A DNA stretch of 63,943 nt, filler included, from Reticulomyxa filosa (Eukaryota > Protista > Foraminifera): assembly GCA_000512085.1 (NCBI GenBank). It is 24 parts of 24 records of this genome, joined end to end, with 100 filler letters (N's around TTAATTAATTAA, not from the genome) between each part and the next. Parts side by side here need not be neighbours in the genome. Positions count along the whole stretch, not along the records: positions 35,549 to 40,094 come from ASPP01005336.1; positions 40,195 to 41,392 come from ASPP01012711.1; positions 41,493 to 42,932 come from ASPP01000186.1; positions 43,033 to 45,388 come from ASPP01019629.1; positions 45,489 to 46,616 come from ASPP01002947.1; positions 46,717 to 47,782 come from ASPP01033696.1; positions 47,883 to 51,787 come from ASPP01015808.1; 17 more parts are not named here. One strand, given 5' to 3'. The notes below the pieces were generated by a model. The model ran no database searches, was not told where the DNA came from, and was given only the letters and a program-made list of their open reading frames with translations. Positions 39,001-51,158 of the stretch are shown here, in pieces; position 1 is the first letter of the stretch, and the number at the start of each line of letters is the position of its first letter. The translations under genes were made by a program, and so were the position numbers.

Positions 39001-40070
39001 TAGAGGTCTGCCAGTCGTCCAACTCAATGGCAATGGCAATTTGATCTTTGGAATTGGCTTTTCATAAGAAACAAATGGTTCCAATTGAGCTGGATGCCTT
39101 TAATAGGATTCCACGTTCGAACAAGGCGGTACAAAATACCAATGACCATAGTATAAATCAAACAACGCTTTTTCGTATATGGTTACACCTTTTGCATTTA
39201 CATCCTATGAATCGAGTCCTTATCACAAAAACAAGTTAATTATAAATAATAATAACAAATATAAGGGTAAACATGTACATATATATTTATTTGTTTGTTT
39301 GTTTATTATTGCAAACAAAAAAATTACACAAACCCAATTAGCTGCTACTATGGTTTCATACAACCAATAACAATTTTGGGACGTAACAACTGAATTTCGT
39401 CTCCGACTTTGAAATGAAGCGAGATGTCTTGATAGTATGCTTCATCATCCGGTTTGGTGCCTCTTGTGTTGACAATTGCAGCGCAGATCACAAGTTTTCA
39501 ACGATATTGAACAACCAAGTGAAATAATAGCGCATTACACATAATCAAAACAAACAACGCTGTTGACACTGCAGGCGGCCGTATTGGACTCCATCGCTTC
39601 AGCTAGACTCCAATCAGCAAACTTCTATAAAAGTCAACTGGTCCAATGAAATGAATAGCTCCAGACTTTGCACTAGCTGTTCGCACTCGCGATCACCAAT
39701 TTCGGAATAACCGATAACGATCATGCAACTTTTTTTCTAATCTCGACGTATTACTACTGAAATGCTTTCTGGTCGAATACAGAATCAGCGATCTTTGCCG
39801 GCGGTCGAGCATCTTGTTGTCCACATTGTCATAGTGTAACAGGAACAAACAAGCTATATCATTCAGAACCGTCCAAGTGCATTTCTCCACGCAGTTGCCG
39901 TTCTGTTCGTTTGATCATATTCGTCGATGACCAAACAATATATTTCTTGTGGTCCAGCGAACCCAATTCACAGTCGGCAAGCCGACCAACTACACAAATA
40001 AAATATTGTCATGTCGTCTCACTGTCGAGAACGACTTCTTCTTTGAACAGTGCGCTCATGCGCATATACA
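36100..40070 (-). pseudogene. Decayed multi-CAP-Gly-domain gene
   Basis: Remnants in order: FAGPQEIYCLVIDEYD; KSGAIHFIGPVDF..LIGV*LKRWSP; FKVGDEIQL; KVGDNIK..KVKFIG..WIQGANDGKIN; VKVGDRVGL..MGIELD; VDVGDRTRI; LELGKTVEITNG..IRFIGVMHF..GLGKHDS. Many stops and frameshifts. Confidence 0.75.
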
Positions 40071-40194
40071 CTTTTTTTTTCATTTTTATACATTNNNNNN
40101 NNNNNNNNNNNNNNNNNNNNNNNNNNNNNNNNNNNNNNTTAATTAATTAANNNNNNNNNNNNNNNNNNNNNNNNNNNNNNNNNNNNNNNNNNNN

Positions 40195-41390
40195 GCAATA
40201 CCCTCGACCGCCGCCTTGGCGCCGGCGACCGTCGTATAATAGGCGATCTTGTGCATCAGGGCCGTGCGCCGAAGCGTGAAGCTGTCCGTCAGGGCACTGG
40301 CGCCGTCGACCGTGTTGAAGACGAGGTGCACCTTGCCGTCCTTCATCAGGTCGACGATGTGCGGGCGGCCCTGCAGCACCTTGTTGACCTCCTGTGTCTC
40401 GATGCCCTGCTTGCGCAGGAAGGCGGACGTCCCGCGGGTCGCCACGACCTTGAAGCCGAGCTCGACCAGCCGTTTCACCGGCTTCACCATCGCCTGCTTG
40501 TCCTGGTCCTTGACCGAGACGAACACCGCGCCCTCGACCGGCACCTTGCTGCCGGCGCCGAGCTGCGACTTGGCGAAGGCGCGCCCGAAATCCATGTCGA
40601 GGCCCATGACCTCGCCCGTCGAGCGCATCTCGGGGCCCAGGATAATGTCGACGCCGGGGAAGCGGGCGAAGGGGAACACCGCCTCCTTGACCGCGATATG
40701 CTTGCCCTTGGCCTTCTTGATGCCGAGCGACTTCAGCGCCTCGCCGGCCATCAGGCGGGCCGCGAACTTGGCGATCGGCTGGCCGGTCGCCTTGGCGACG
40801 AACGGCACCGTGCGGCTGGCGCGCGGATTGACCTCGAGCACGTAGACGTCGCCGTCCTTGACGGCGAACTGCACGTTCATCAGGCCGACGACGTGCAGCG
40901 CCTTGGCCATCGCCTCGGTCTGGCGCTCGATCTCGGCCAGGATCTTGGCCGAAAGCGAATAGGGCGGCAGCGAGCAGGCCGAGTCGCCGGAATGAATTCC
41001 GGCTTCCTCGATATGCTCCATGATCCCGGCGACGAAGACATTCTGGTCCTTGTCGGCCAGGGCATCGACGTCGACCTCGATGGCGTCGCGCAGATAGGAA
41101 TCGATAAGCACCGGATTGCTGCCCGAGACCTTCACGGCGTCGCGCATGTAACGCTCGATCGCCGCACGATCGTAGACGATCTGCATGGCACGGCCGCCGA
41201 GCACGTAGGACGGGCGGATCACCACCGGGTAGCCGATCTTCTCGGCGACCTCGATCGCCTTGTCCTGCGAGGTCGCGGTGCCGTTGTCGGGCTGACGCAG
41301 CTCGAGGTCCTGGATCAGCTGCTGGAACCGCTCGCGGTCCTCGGCGAGGTCGATCGCGTCGGGTGACGTGCCCAGGATCGGGATACCCGC
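40195..41390 (-). CDS. carB: Carbamoyl-phosphate synthase large subunit, C-terminal half (bacterial, truncated at both ends)
   Basis: [68 protein letters not shown] domain [10 protein letters not shown]; GC-rich. Confidence 0.98.
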
Positions 41391-41732
41391 CGNNNNNNNN
41401 NNNNNNNNNNNNNNNNNNNNNNNNNNNNNNNNNNNNTTAATTAATTAANNNNNNNNNNNNNNNNNNNNNNNNNNNNNNNNNNNNNNNNNNNNAAATCAAT
41501 TATCATCATAAGATATCGTTTTATGCGTTCAGTTTTCTTTGTATTTTTTTGTGAAAATTAAAATTTTATTAACTTATTTTTTTAAGACATTGTACAAGCG
41601 TGCACAAAACTATTGCTTCAATGCTAGTGATTCGTCTACTTGCGAAAGAATATAGTCTTGAACAACTGATACGAAAAGAAAGAGTGGAAAAAAGGTTTAC
41701 GTTTGTTTTTATAAAAAAACTAGTAAAAGAAA

Positions 41733-42526
41733 ATGTATTGGTCATTTTGGGATCATAATTATCCCGGCAATAAAGTGCCTTGGATAGTGGCAGACATTAT
41801 CTCAGTGATTTTTCTCATACTGTTTATTTGGGTTTACATCCAAGGGAAAAAAAGCATATGGCGGCAACAAGAAGAGAACGGTGGAGAATTGAATAGTGAC
41901 GAAAAGTTATTTCAACGATTACGTGTGTTATGTGTACTATTGATGTTCTGTGAGTTAATATGGTCATTGCAGTTTCTAGTGTCCTTTGGAGACCACAAAG
42001 CAATGGAAATAGTAGTGATAACAGTGGGTTCGTTTTATGACATATTGCTGCCATTGATAATGGGACTAATATGCGGACGTGTATTCAAAGTATGTCACAT
42101 GATAAACACGAAAAGCAATGAGCGTCCGTGGTGGAGATATGTGTGCGTGACAACCTGGGTATTGAGTGAATGGGCGTTGGTTCCGATCATGATATTGCAC
42201 TTTAGCTTCCCACATGAGAGGATCTATCATAGCATTTACAACTTTTATGGCGACACGCTGATTGGAATTGAATTCTTCTTTGTGCTGTTTCTGGCAGATT
42301 TCTATTATAACAAAATCTACAACATGTATAAACACAGCATTGAATATACGCACATGTCTTTACTCTATCAAAACAATCAAAAGAATTTGGAGTGGCTCTT
42401 ACGCAAATTCATGAATACTTTGCTCGGATTTATTATCACTCTATCCTTTATCATTTTTACTTACATTTTATTTCTGTTCATTGTTATGTTTTTTTTTTTA
42501 TAAAAAAATATATATGTATATATGTG

Positions 42527-42562
<36 letters not shown>

Positions 42563-42932
42563 TTATAATATCGATATTTAAATAAAAAAAAATAGATGAA
42601 AAGCACCTTTGCAACAAATACATATTGGATTTTTATCCATGATATCACAATCCATAATATGATACATTGTCTCTTATTATATTATGTCAAAGCCGATAAG
42701 CACTCGGATGTTCTTCGATCTTCTTTCAAAGATCAGGCCAGACTGGATGGCAATGAAGAGGACTATCCGATCAATTCCAGGACTGGAGTCTCTTCGCATC
42801 ATAGCAAAAATTATCCCCCTCTGTCTTCTCAGCCTCCTTCTAATGCTCGCTCCTTGCACAATAATGGCTCTGGAGGTGATCATCACTATCACTCCAAATA
42901 CAGAAAAGGAGGAGGAGGAGGCGGAGGAGGAG
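41733..42932 (+). CDS. Seven-transmembrane GPCR-like receptor, two exons, 3' truncated
   Basis: Seven hydrophobic segments; TM3 ends ICGRVFKVC, TM4 WVLSEWALVP, TM5 FYYNKIY; TM7 lies in exon 2 (from ~42596); S/P/G-rich tail. Confidence 0.65.
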
Positions 42933-43110
42933 NNNNNNNNNNNNNNNNNNNNNNNNNNNNNNNNNNNNNNNNNNNNTTAATTAATTAANNNNNNNNNNNN
43001 NNNNNNNNNNNNNNNNNNNNNNNNNNNNNNNNATATATATATATATGTACATATATTTGTAATTATATCACACTCTTTTAATATATATATATGTATACGT
43101 ATATGTAAAG

Positions 43111-45260
43111 GCTCCACTTTCGCAATATGATACGTACCGACTCTGTGAATGGATAAGAGAAAACGAGACAGAGCTGTTGAAGGACATAACGAACTTTGAT
43201 TTGGAAAAGTACGTGCATCGCTTTTTTGAGAATGATATCGACGGTCCGAAAATCGAGCTAAACGAATGGAACGAACAAAAGCTATTGACGACATTGTTTC
43301 CGAACAAACGCAGCGACGCGATTAGCAACGACGAGAAAACAGTGACATCACGACTATGGCTTGCCATTCAAACCAAAAAAGAAAATGCGAAGGAATTGCT
43401 ACGCAAATACCCTCCCACGCAACGACAATTTCGTGCGACGATGATTAAGGATATATTGAAAGACTTGAAAGCAAAGTGGGAAACGGCAAAGAAAGAGTTG
43501 AGTGAGCAAACAATAACAGGCATTCGGATTTCGAACGACCTTGGATTATTGCGTACCAAATCGGAACAGGAAATTTATCAGCAAATTCGATGGATGTATG
43601 AACCTCATACCACTGATCAGACCAAAATTTCCTTGTCTGCCGTCGAGGAAAAAGATTTGGAGACTCTACCTATTTGTATGCCAAAACAGATCGATCCTTC
43701 GCTCAATGAGTTGCAAGCACTACGATTGGTCCTTACCACTCTAGGATTTCAGATGCCTCCATTGTTAAATGGCTCTGGATCTTTGTCCCCGCAAACGTTT
43801 CTTGCCGAAATCAAACGAGTCCTCACACAAATGGTCGAAGCCAACAAAGACACTCCGAAAAAATGTAGCGATATTCCGTGGGGAGACGTTATCGAGCGTT
43901 GTGGCATATCAAAAGACATGGAAGGATGGGCCAAGTTCGCTGGGTACAAAGTACTCTTGAAAAACTTTGAGTATTTCCGAAACAAGATTGCCAATTACCA
44001 AAAGCTGGCCAAATGTTTGAAGCAAGTGTTTCACTGCTTTGACAGCTGCGATGCCTTACAATTGCTGCGAGATGCCACGTCGAGTCTGTGTCGATTGTAC
44101 AAAGATAACAACAAAATCGGATGGGAAGATAAGGAGTGGCAAACCAACAAAGGTTTTTTGAAATCATTTGATAATGAACCTATGAAAGTTATTGTCCAAT
44201 TTTGGGAACAAAATCAGTTTCACAATTATATACATATATACATATACATATATGTATATGTATATAATCATTGTTAATAAATAAAAATAGACAACATTTG
44301 CCAAAAATCCCGAGTATTAGTATGGAGTGGCTACGAATTGTAGCAAGCAATTACAAGATAATGAAAGAGTGCTTTGAGACATTTCGAAGTAATCAGGTGT
44401 TCGAAGATCACATGCAAAACTTTGCCGAAAATGACTCTGTGCAACAAGCGCGTGGGACCAGTTTGATGGAAGTGCGAAGATATCTTGTGAATTTCTTGAC
44501 TTTCAATTTTGACAATATGTCTGCCATGTATAACCGCTTGCTGCACTTTGCGCAAAACGAAATGAGCGCGGAAAAACTCGAGTGCTTCAAAATTATACGT
44601 TCGTCATGGGACTCCATTGTCCAAGATGCCATTGATCCACAAGTTTTTTTTTTTAAAAAAAAAAAAAAAGAGCTATTGAAAGAATAACTTATCCTTTTTT
44701 AAAAAATAAAATAAAAAAAGGGATGGATGCATCAAAAAGACAAAGAAATGCTTAAAAGAATTCGGAATGTACATTTTGGAGATGAAAAGCAAGCGAACAA
44801 GGAAAAGTACTTGGAAATTAAGTATTTGATTGAAGAAACAGAGCAAAAGTCGAATGTGCAAAAAGAGCCAAAGAAACAGATGAAAAGTATGAGCCAAGAA
44901 GAATTTGAGCAATTAACAGATCGACTGCTTATGTTCATCACTGGAGATGCAGGTGGGGCCGACAATGAAGTACTGACTTCACAAAAGGGTATCAGCGTAA
45001 TGACTCGAGAAGACATTGAAGAGCTGCTCAAAAGACGACAAAAGCAAATGACAGGAATGGGTCCCGACGTATTCAAAATCGTGTTGGATCGCATTCGAGC
45101 CCAGGCCATTGACGGACAAAAACTAATTGCGTCGTTGAAAAAAAGTGCAAAAGAGTTGGCCGAGTTACTGTTGGGACAAGACGTTGACGTCGCTAACAAT
45201 CGAGAGCAACTCGTCACCGAACTTATGAAAATTATTGATTTTGAAATTCTCAAAGAAAGA
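43111..45260 (+). CDS. Internal exons of a large protein: SAM-like domain followed by a long helical region
   Basis: LCEWI..DLEKYVHRFFENDIDGPKI (SAM pattern); three long same-strand ORFs separated by short GT-AG introns. Confidence 0.65.
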
Positions 45261-45699
45261 GTTTTGATAAAAAAAAAAAAAAAATAAAGCAGATAAATAA
45301 AATAAATCAAAATTTTTTTTTTTAAAAAAAATTTTTAAAAAAAAAAAAGGTAAAGAAAAATAGTAAAAAGTACTTAACCGTAAATTTANNNNNNNNNNNN
45401 NNNNNNNNNNNNNNNNNNNNNNNNNNNNNNNNTTAATTAATTAANNNNNNNNNNNNNNNNNNNNNNNNNNNNNNNNNNNNNNNNNNNNCATCATATTACA
45501 GTTTGATGAACCTTATATCAACAACTTCGATTCACAAAGTTAATGAATGTGTTCATTTCGTGTCCTCAAAAAATTACAAGCAAAAGAGGTAGCAAAAAAA
45601 CAAAAACGTACAATGAAAAAGGGGATAAAATTTTTTTTTGCTCAAAAAGGTTACACGTATATAAATGTAATTTTACATATAAAGGTTAAAAATAAAAAA

Positions 45700-46616
45700 T
45701 TTATAGATTATGAAACAAGATTTCGTTATTTCAATAAATTGGGCCAAATTTACGTCCACATGACTCCAGATTGGATATTCACTGAATTTTGGTATGCGTA
45801 TCAATTTTGGTTGGGATATGCAATACTGGTACATTCCTTTTTAAAAATATTTTTTTAAATGTCCCAATTAAAATTTTTTTTTTTATTTGATATGATATAG
45901 CTCAAATACTTCCAAGCAACTTGCTAAAGCAATGGCCAATGCATCAACACAGCATGTTATTCGAACCAAGCGTGTGATTTTATTGATGAGCGAAAAAGGA
46001 CAAACAACAATTATTGGGACGAATGTATCGGAAACAACACCTTTTTGAATACTGGTGATACGGACCAAGACCCGGTATTATGTTGGGCATTTTCGAAGAA
46101 AAATCTTTCATAATACGTCATTGATTGGACAACAACTGAAAGCGCATCGATTTTCAAATCAGACAACATGGACTTGCAACTTGCTCCCACATTTAACTGC
46201 AGCATGTTATTGGTTGTGGTATCGCAGGCGGCAGTATACAGTTACATTACTGGACAGTTGATCAACTTGGGCAGTGCAAAAGTTCCTTCTATTTATGGCT
46301 GTTGGTTCAGAAAATGTACAAATCCAAGAGGAAACAGATTGGTGTCACCATTTTTTTATTCACCCAGTCCTCCAATTCTATTTACTTCGACTGCGGCGCC
46401 AACAATCAAATCATTACCGATTCTCAACTTTATGGGAGCTCATTGTCAAACGGGCAACATGACTTGTTTGTGATTGTGGATGAGTCAAGTCAATTTCGGA
46501 CAGTTTTCAACGGAGAAAACATGGGTACAACAATGTTTGCGGATTAAAAGAAAGTAAATGCAGATATGGCAACCCAAGGATTTCCAGATCGTTATTGTTT
46601 TAGAGCAGGAATTGTT
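45700..46616 (+). pseudogene. Decayed gene, beta-rich (possibly ConA/LamG-like)
   Basis: Coding-like blocks in shifting frames with stops; family assignment is weak. Confidence 0.3.
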
Positions 46617-47339
46617 NNNNNNNNNNNNNNNNNNNNNNNNNNNNNNNNNNNNNNNNNNNNTTAATTAATTAANNNNNNNNNNNNNNNNNNNNNNNNNNNN
46701 NNNNNNNNNNNNNNNNTTTTTTTAAAATTTGGATACGTATAATTTTTTTAAAAATTTACGTTGGAAACGGTGCTGTTTGTCATAATGCAGTGCTTACAAT
46801 TTAGTATATTGCAAAAAAGACGCTAGCACATAACGAATTGAATTATGTCAAAAAGTTTTGTAAGCCCAACATAAACAAACGCCCAAAAAAATTCCAAATT
46901 TTAAAAAAGTAATATCCCTAAAAAAATCACAAGTTTGAAAAATCTAAAAAAAAAAGTATTAGAGACGTGATTATGTTCCATGTGCCACTAAAAAAATAAA
47001 ATATATAAACAAAACAAGCTTTACAAAAAAATACAAATGAAAAATTAAAAATCATATGACCAAATGTTACCCAAAATTATTAGTTATTGAAAATCTGTTA
47101 CATACATTGTTAAATATGTGATAATATTCAAACTTCAACAATTTCATGACTACCAAAAAATCTGTTTGCAAAACAGCAAACCAAATGTAAAAGACCTAAA
47201 TTAGAGCAGTATCTTTTAAAAAAAGGAAAAGATAAAAAAGTTTTAGTCATTAAGTACCCTCGTACCAACTCACCAAATTTATTTTTTTCTTCTATTTACG
47301 ATAAATCTAGCCATCTCTTCGTTTTTATTGTTTTTTGAA

Positions 47340-47757
47340 ATGCAAGGAATAAACGCTGCTGTTAAATACATCCGAGGCTTTGTCCAGTTAAACCATGAAC
47401 TTCCTGATCCAAATCGTCTTGCTCATGATTGTGGAATCAGTATTGAGCACGCGTCAATGTTAGTTTTGGAACTCCAGAACAATCCAGATAAAGAGTTGTT
47501 AATGGTTGATTATTTATGCTATATTCCACTTGAGTAAAGCAACGAAAAAATATGAAATGAAGATGTTGCTAACTGTCGTATTACACTTTAGTAATTTGAT
47601 TGGGTGTGTATTTTGGCTTTTTTTATAGCTGTACAAAGACAACTCTGTGTTGGAGTGGGCAAAAGAACAAATTTCGCAAAACCAACGGATTGAAGCATCA
47701 CAAATACAAAAAAAATTTGGATTTTGTGATGTTTTGACTAAAATGGCGTGGCTTCAA
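47340..47757 (+). CDS. 5' exons of a protein with two HTH-like repeats (intron 47505-47628)
   Basis: AVKYIRGFVQLNHELPDPNRLAHDCGISIEHASMLVLEL and VLEWAKEQISQNQRIEASQIQKKFGF; phase-0 GT-AG intron. Confidence 0.5.
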
Positions 47758-48982
47758 GTATGTCCTTCTTTTTTTTTTTTTTNNNNNNNNNNNNNNNNNN
47801 NNNNNNNNNNNNNNNNNNNNNNNNNNTTAATTAATTAANNNNNNNNNNNNNNNNNNNNNNNNNNNNNNNNNNNNNNNNNNNNAAAGATTAAAATTTTGAA
47901 AAAATTAGAAAGACTTAATAAAAAACCAAAATGATATTTAAAAACTACACGATTTGTAGATATTTTTTAAAAAATTTTGATTAAATGTTGTTTTTTCATG
48001 GAGAAACACAATCATCTATATAAGGTGACATTTTAGTTTTCAACTTTCTTTTTTATCTTACTGTACTTTAAGCTTACAATTACTCGAAATTATCAAAGCA
48101 ATCGATATTTTGTCAACTTTTTTATTATGCTTCGGAAATAATTAAAATAACTAAACAATTTTCTTTACAAGTATTTGATCAATAAGATTGCAAAATCATA
48201 TTTACATTTATTGTATTTCAACTTTGTAACTTCAACGTCGCTAAATAAAGATATACAAACTCAAACGTGAAAACAGTTTTTAATAATATAATATTGAAAC
48301 GAAAAGTAAATGATTGTGTGAAAAAACTTAATACATACAAGTATCTTACTGTCATTTGCATACTTTCAATTATCCAAAGCTATCTTGTATTTGCGCATGT
48401 TTTTTTTGACAAAAAGGTAATTCACTGAATTTTTTTATCTGACAATAATTTTTTTGAACGAACAGATTACAACAAATCTTAGTTTTTGATGTTTGATTAT
48501 TTCCATAAGATGAATTAGTTTTTTAAAATCATTTTCCTAATGTTAATTACATATTTCCATGTGCTTTAATATCTTTTGATTTAGTTTTTTTACAATTAGT
48601 GTTCATTTTTTATTTAAGTTATCTTTTGACTTGTTTATTGTATTTCATATGTGATTAAAATATTAAAACTGACTTAAGGTGATATATGCTTTGACAAAAT
48701 TGTTATGAAATGCAATATTTTTCTGTTTTGTTGTATTTAAATGCATTAACTTTTTTGGTCTTGTTATTCAAAAAAATAAGTGAATAAGTTGTCTTAGCTG
48801 ATGCAAAGTAAAGCATTGAGAAACTAAGCATAAAAACAAAAGGGAATATTTGAAACAAAAATGAAATGCTGTACAATATTTGATATTGACCAGTTTTAGT
48901 CTTTTTGAAATGACCAAATTTTGTGCAATTCTTATCATCTCATCTACACAAAAGAATTTTGACACAATACACGAATTTTGTT

Positions 48983-50782
48983 TTATGGTCTGACCACTTT
49001 AACAACAATCAAGTCAAAAGTTAGATCTGCGTTTGGTGGGATTAACGTCCCCCCACCTTTGCTACCATATGCCAACTTGGAAGGTATCCACAATTTGGCA
49101 CGCCCTCCTTCTGGAATTTGTGTGCATCCTTGTTCTAAGCCCTTGATATTTTTCTTTTGTCCTAGTTCAATTGTGGCCTTATGTCGAATGAACTCTTTTC
49201 CGTCGGCCAAATATCCTGTTGTTTTTTTTAAAAAAAAAGTGAAACAAATCATTGATAATAAAATATCTCCCAACAAAGACAGCAGAAAATTTATAAAAAT
49301 TACCAGTGTATTCAATTTCCACAGATCCAGTCGGGCCAACTTTTGGTCCAGTTCCTTCGATTAATACCTTTAAATCAATGCGATTTGGATCTCCATGAGG
49401 GAATGAGGCTGCGGCTATGTCATCAAAATTGTGATCAAGCAAAACAAACAGAAAATTCAACACGTATTCCTTCCCCCATTTAAAAAAAAAAAAAGAAAAG
49501 GGGGAAGGAAAAATAAAGTTTGATGTACGTAACCTTCTCCTTCGGCTTTGCCCTCGCCTTCCCCTTCTCCTTCCTTCGCACCAGGGCCTTCAGTTTCGGT
49601 ATTTCCTTTGTCACTCTTTTCCTCGCCCGGGGTATCTTTGGGTGGAGCAACGCTCGGAGGAGGAGGAACACTGGGGGGGACTTGAGGTATGACTGGGACT
49701 TGTGGAACACTTGGTACAGGAGGGATCTGAGGAGCAGGAGGAACCTGGGGAACCTGAGGAATCTGAGGAACCTGAGGTACTTGTGGAACTTGGGGCACTT
49801 GTGGAACTTGAGGAATCTGTGGGACCTGGGGCACTTGTGGGACTTGTGGAACAGGTGGCTGTGATGGCACAGTGTTTTGCTTCACCACCTTAATTGGCTG
49901 ATCACTATTAGCATCTGCCGACTTGTTGGGTTGAGGACCACTTGGTGGTGGTGGCTGTTGTTTGGTTGTGCTATTGTCAGGCTGCTGGCTTGGCGGCGGT
50001 TTGATATCCTCTTTTTCTTTGTGATTGTTATTTTCATTGGTCTCTGTTATTATTTTTTCGGGGGCATTCACGGCCTTTGGCGATGAGACATCCTTAATTT
50101 GTGGTGACGGTTGTCCTGCTGTTGGTGTCGAACCCATGCGTTGCACATTGCCTGTGTGGGTATTGTTTCCAACGATCATTCGAGGTCCCGTCAATTTCTT
50201 TGGACGAATCACCTTTCCTGTAAACACATATCCTGTGTCTTTTCGTCGGTCCAATTTTGCTTGTACTTGAGCACTACGGACTTCTGGATCAAAGATTGAA
50301 CCCTTTCAATTTTTTTTTTTTTAATTTTTGATTTTTTTTTTTTTTTTGGTTAGGAGAAAAAAAAAAAAATTGCCAAACATTTTTATCTTCTCCCCCCTCT
50401 TCTTCCCCTTTTTTTTTATTTAAAAAAAGTATACGTAAAAAAAAAATTTTAGAAAAACCTTAAAGTCATTCTTCTTATCAGTGCCGGATGGAACACGTGT
50501 GGTTGGATCACCGTTTTTCAACTGTGCCTCCATGTAATCAAGCTTCCTCTCCAATGATGTCAGCCTTTGATCCACCACAGAAAGGCGATATTTTGCTGAT
50601 TCTTGGAAGTTGTTCAAAAAATCCACACATTTGCGCACTGCAAGTTCCACCTACAATTGATTGTTTTGTTTTTTTGGAGTTATAAAAAGGATAAGGCCAC
50701 GGAAAAACGTGTAAAGAACATTCTACTAAACGCTATCATTGAATTCTCTGTTGTTCCAATCCTGATTTACGTCTTGGGACAT
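48983..50782 (-). CDS. BRK1: BRK1/HSPC300 - Pro-rich (PQV)n - FKBP fusion protein, 451 aa; exons 50782-50732, 50650-50459, 50302-49534, 49414-49304, 49215-48983
   Basis: QDWNNREF..VRKCVDFLNNF..SAKYRLS..LTSLERKLDYMEA is colinear with BRK1. FKBP motifs EYTGYLADGKEF, IKGLEQG, AYG, IPPNADLTFD. Four GT-AG introns with matching phases (0,0,1,1); total 1356 nt. Confidence 0.85.
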
Positions 50783-51158
50783 GTTTACAAAATATCGTCC
50801 AATATCAAACAAAAAGTTCTTGCAGGTAGGCTACCTTGGCAGTTCTCGTCAGCTGTTTACTTCGTTGTGAAGGCAGTATTTGTAAAGGAATTGCAAAACT
50901 TTTAATCCTTAGAATATATAAAATTAGATCTGTGCTAGTGATTTTAACTATTTTTTTGTATTTGAGGATTGAATAAGTGGGACTTTACAAGAAATAGCCT
51001 TACATCATCTTGCAAAAAAGCTCCAACGCCTTGTAAAGACACGTACCCAAACGGGAAAGGTTAAATTGTGCGTGATCGCTGCAAAAAAAAAAAACTTGTC
51101 AAATCAATCAATCAAACAATCAATAAAAGGTTGAAAATCGGAACGACTACGAGAGATC

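Noticed and set aside
35549-40094. Stop-codon reassignment or RNA editing explaining in-frame stops
   Set aside because: All three stop types occur along with frameshifts and deletions, while intact genes are stop-free and terminate at TAA, TAG or TGA; ordinary decay fits better.
40249-41366. Long antisense ORFs over carB (also 21210-21836 over the decarboxylase)
   Set aside because: Expected shadow ORFs of GC-rich coding DNA.
20797-41392. Ornithine decarboxylase and carB as a linked arginine/polyamine island or HGT
   Set aside because: They are on separate contigs with no junction to each other or to host DNA.
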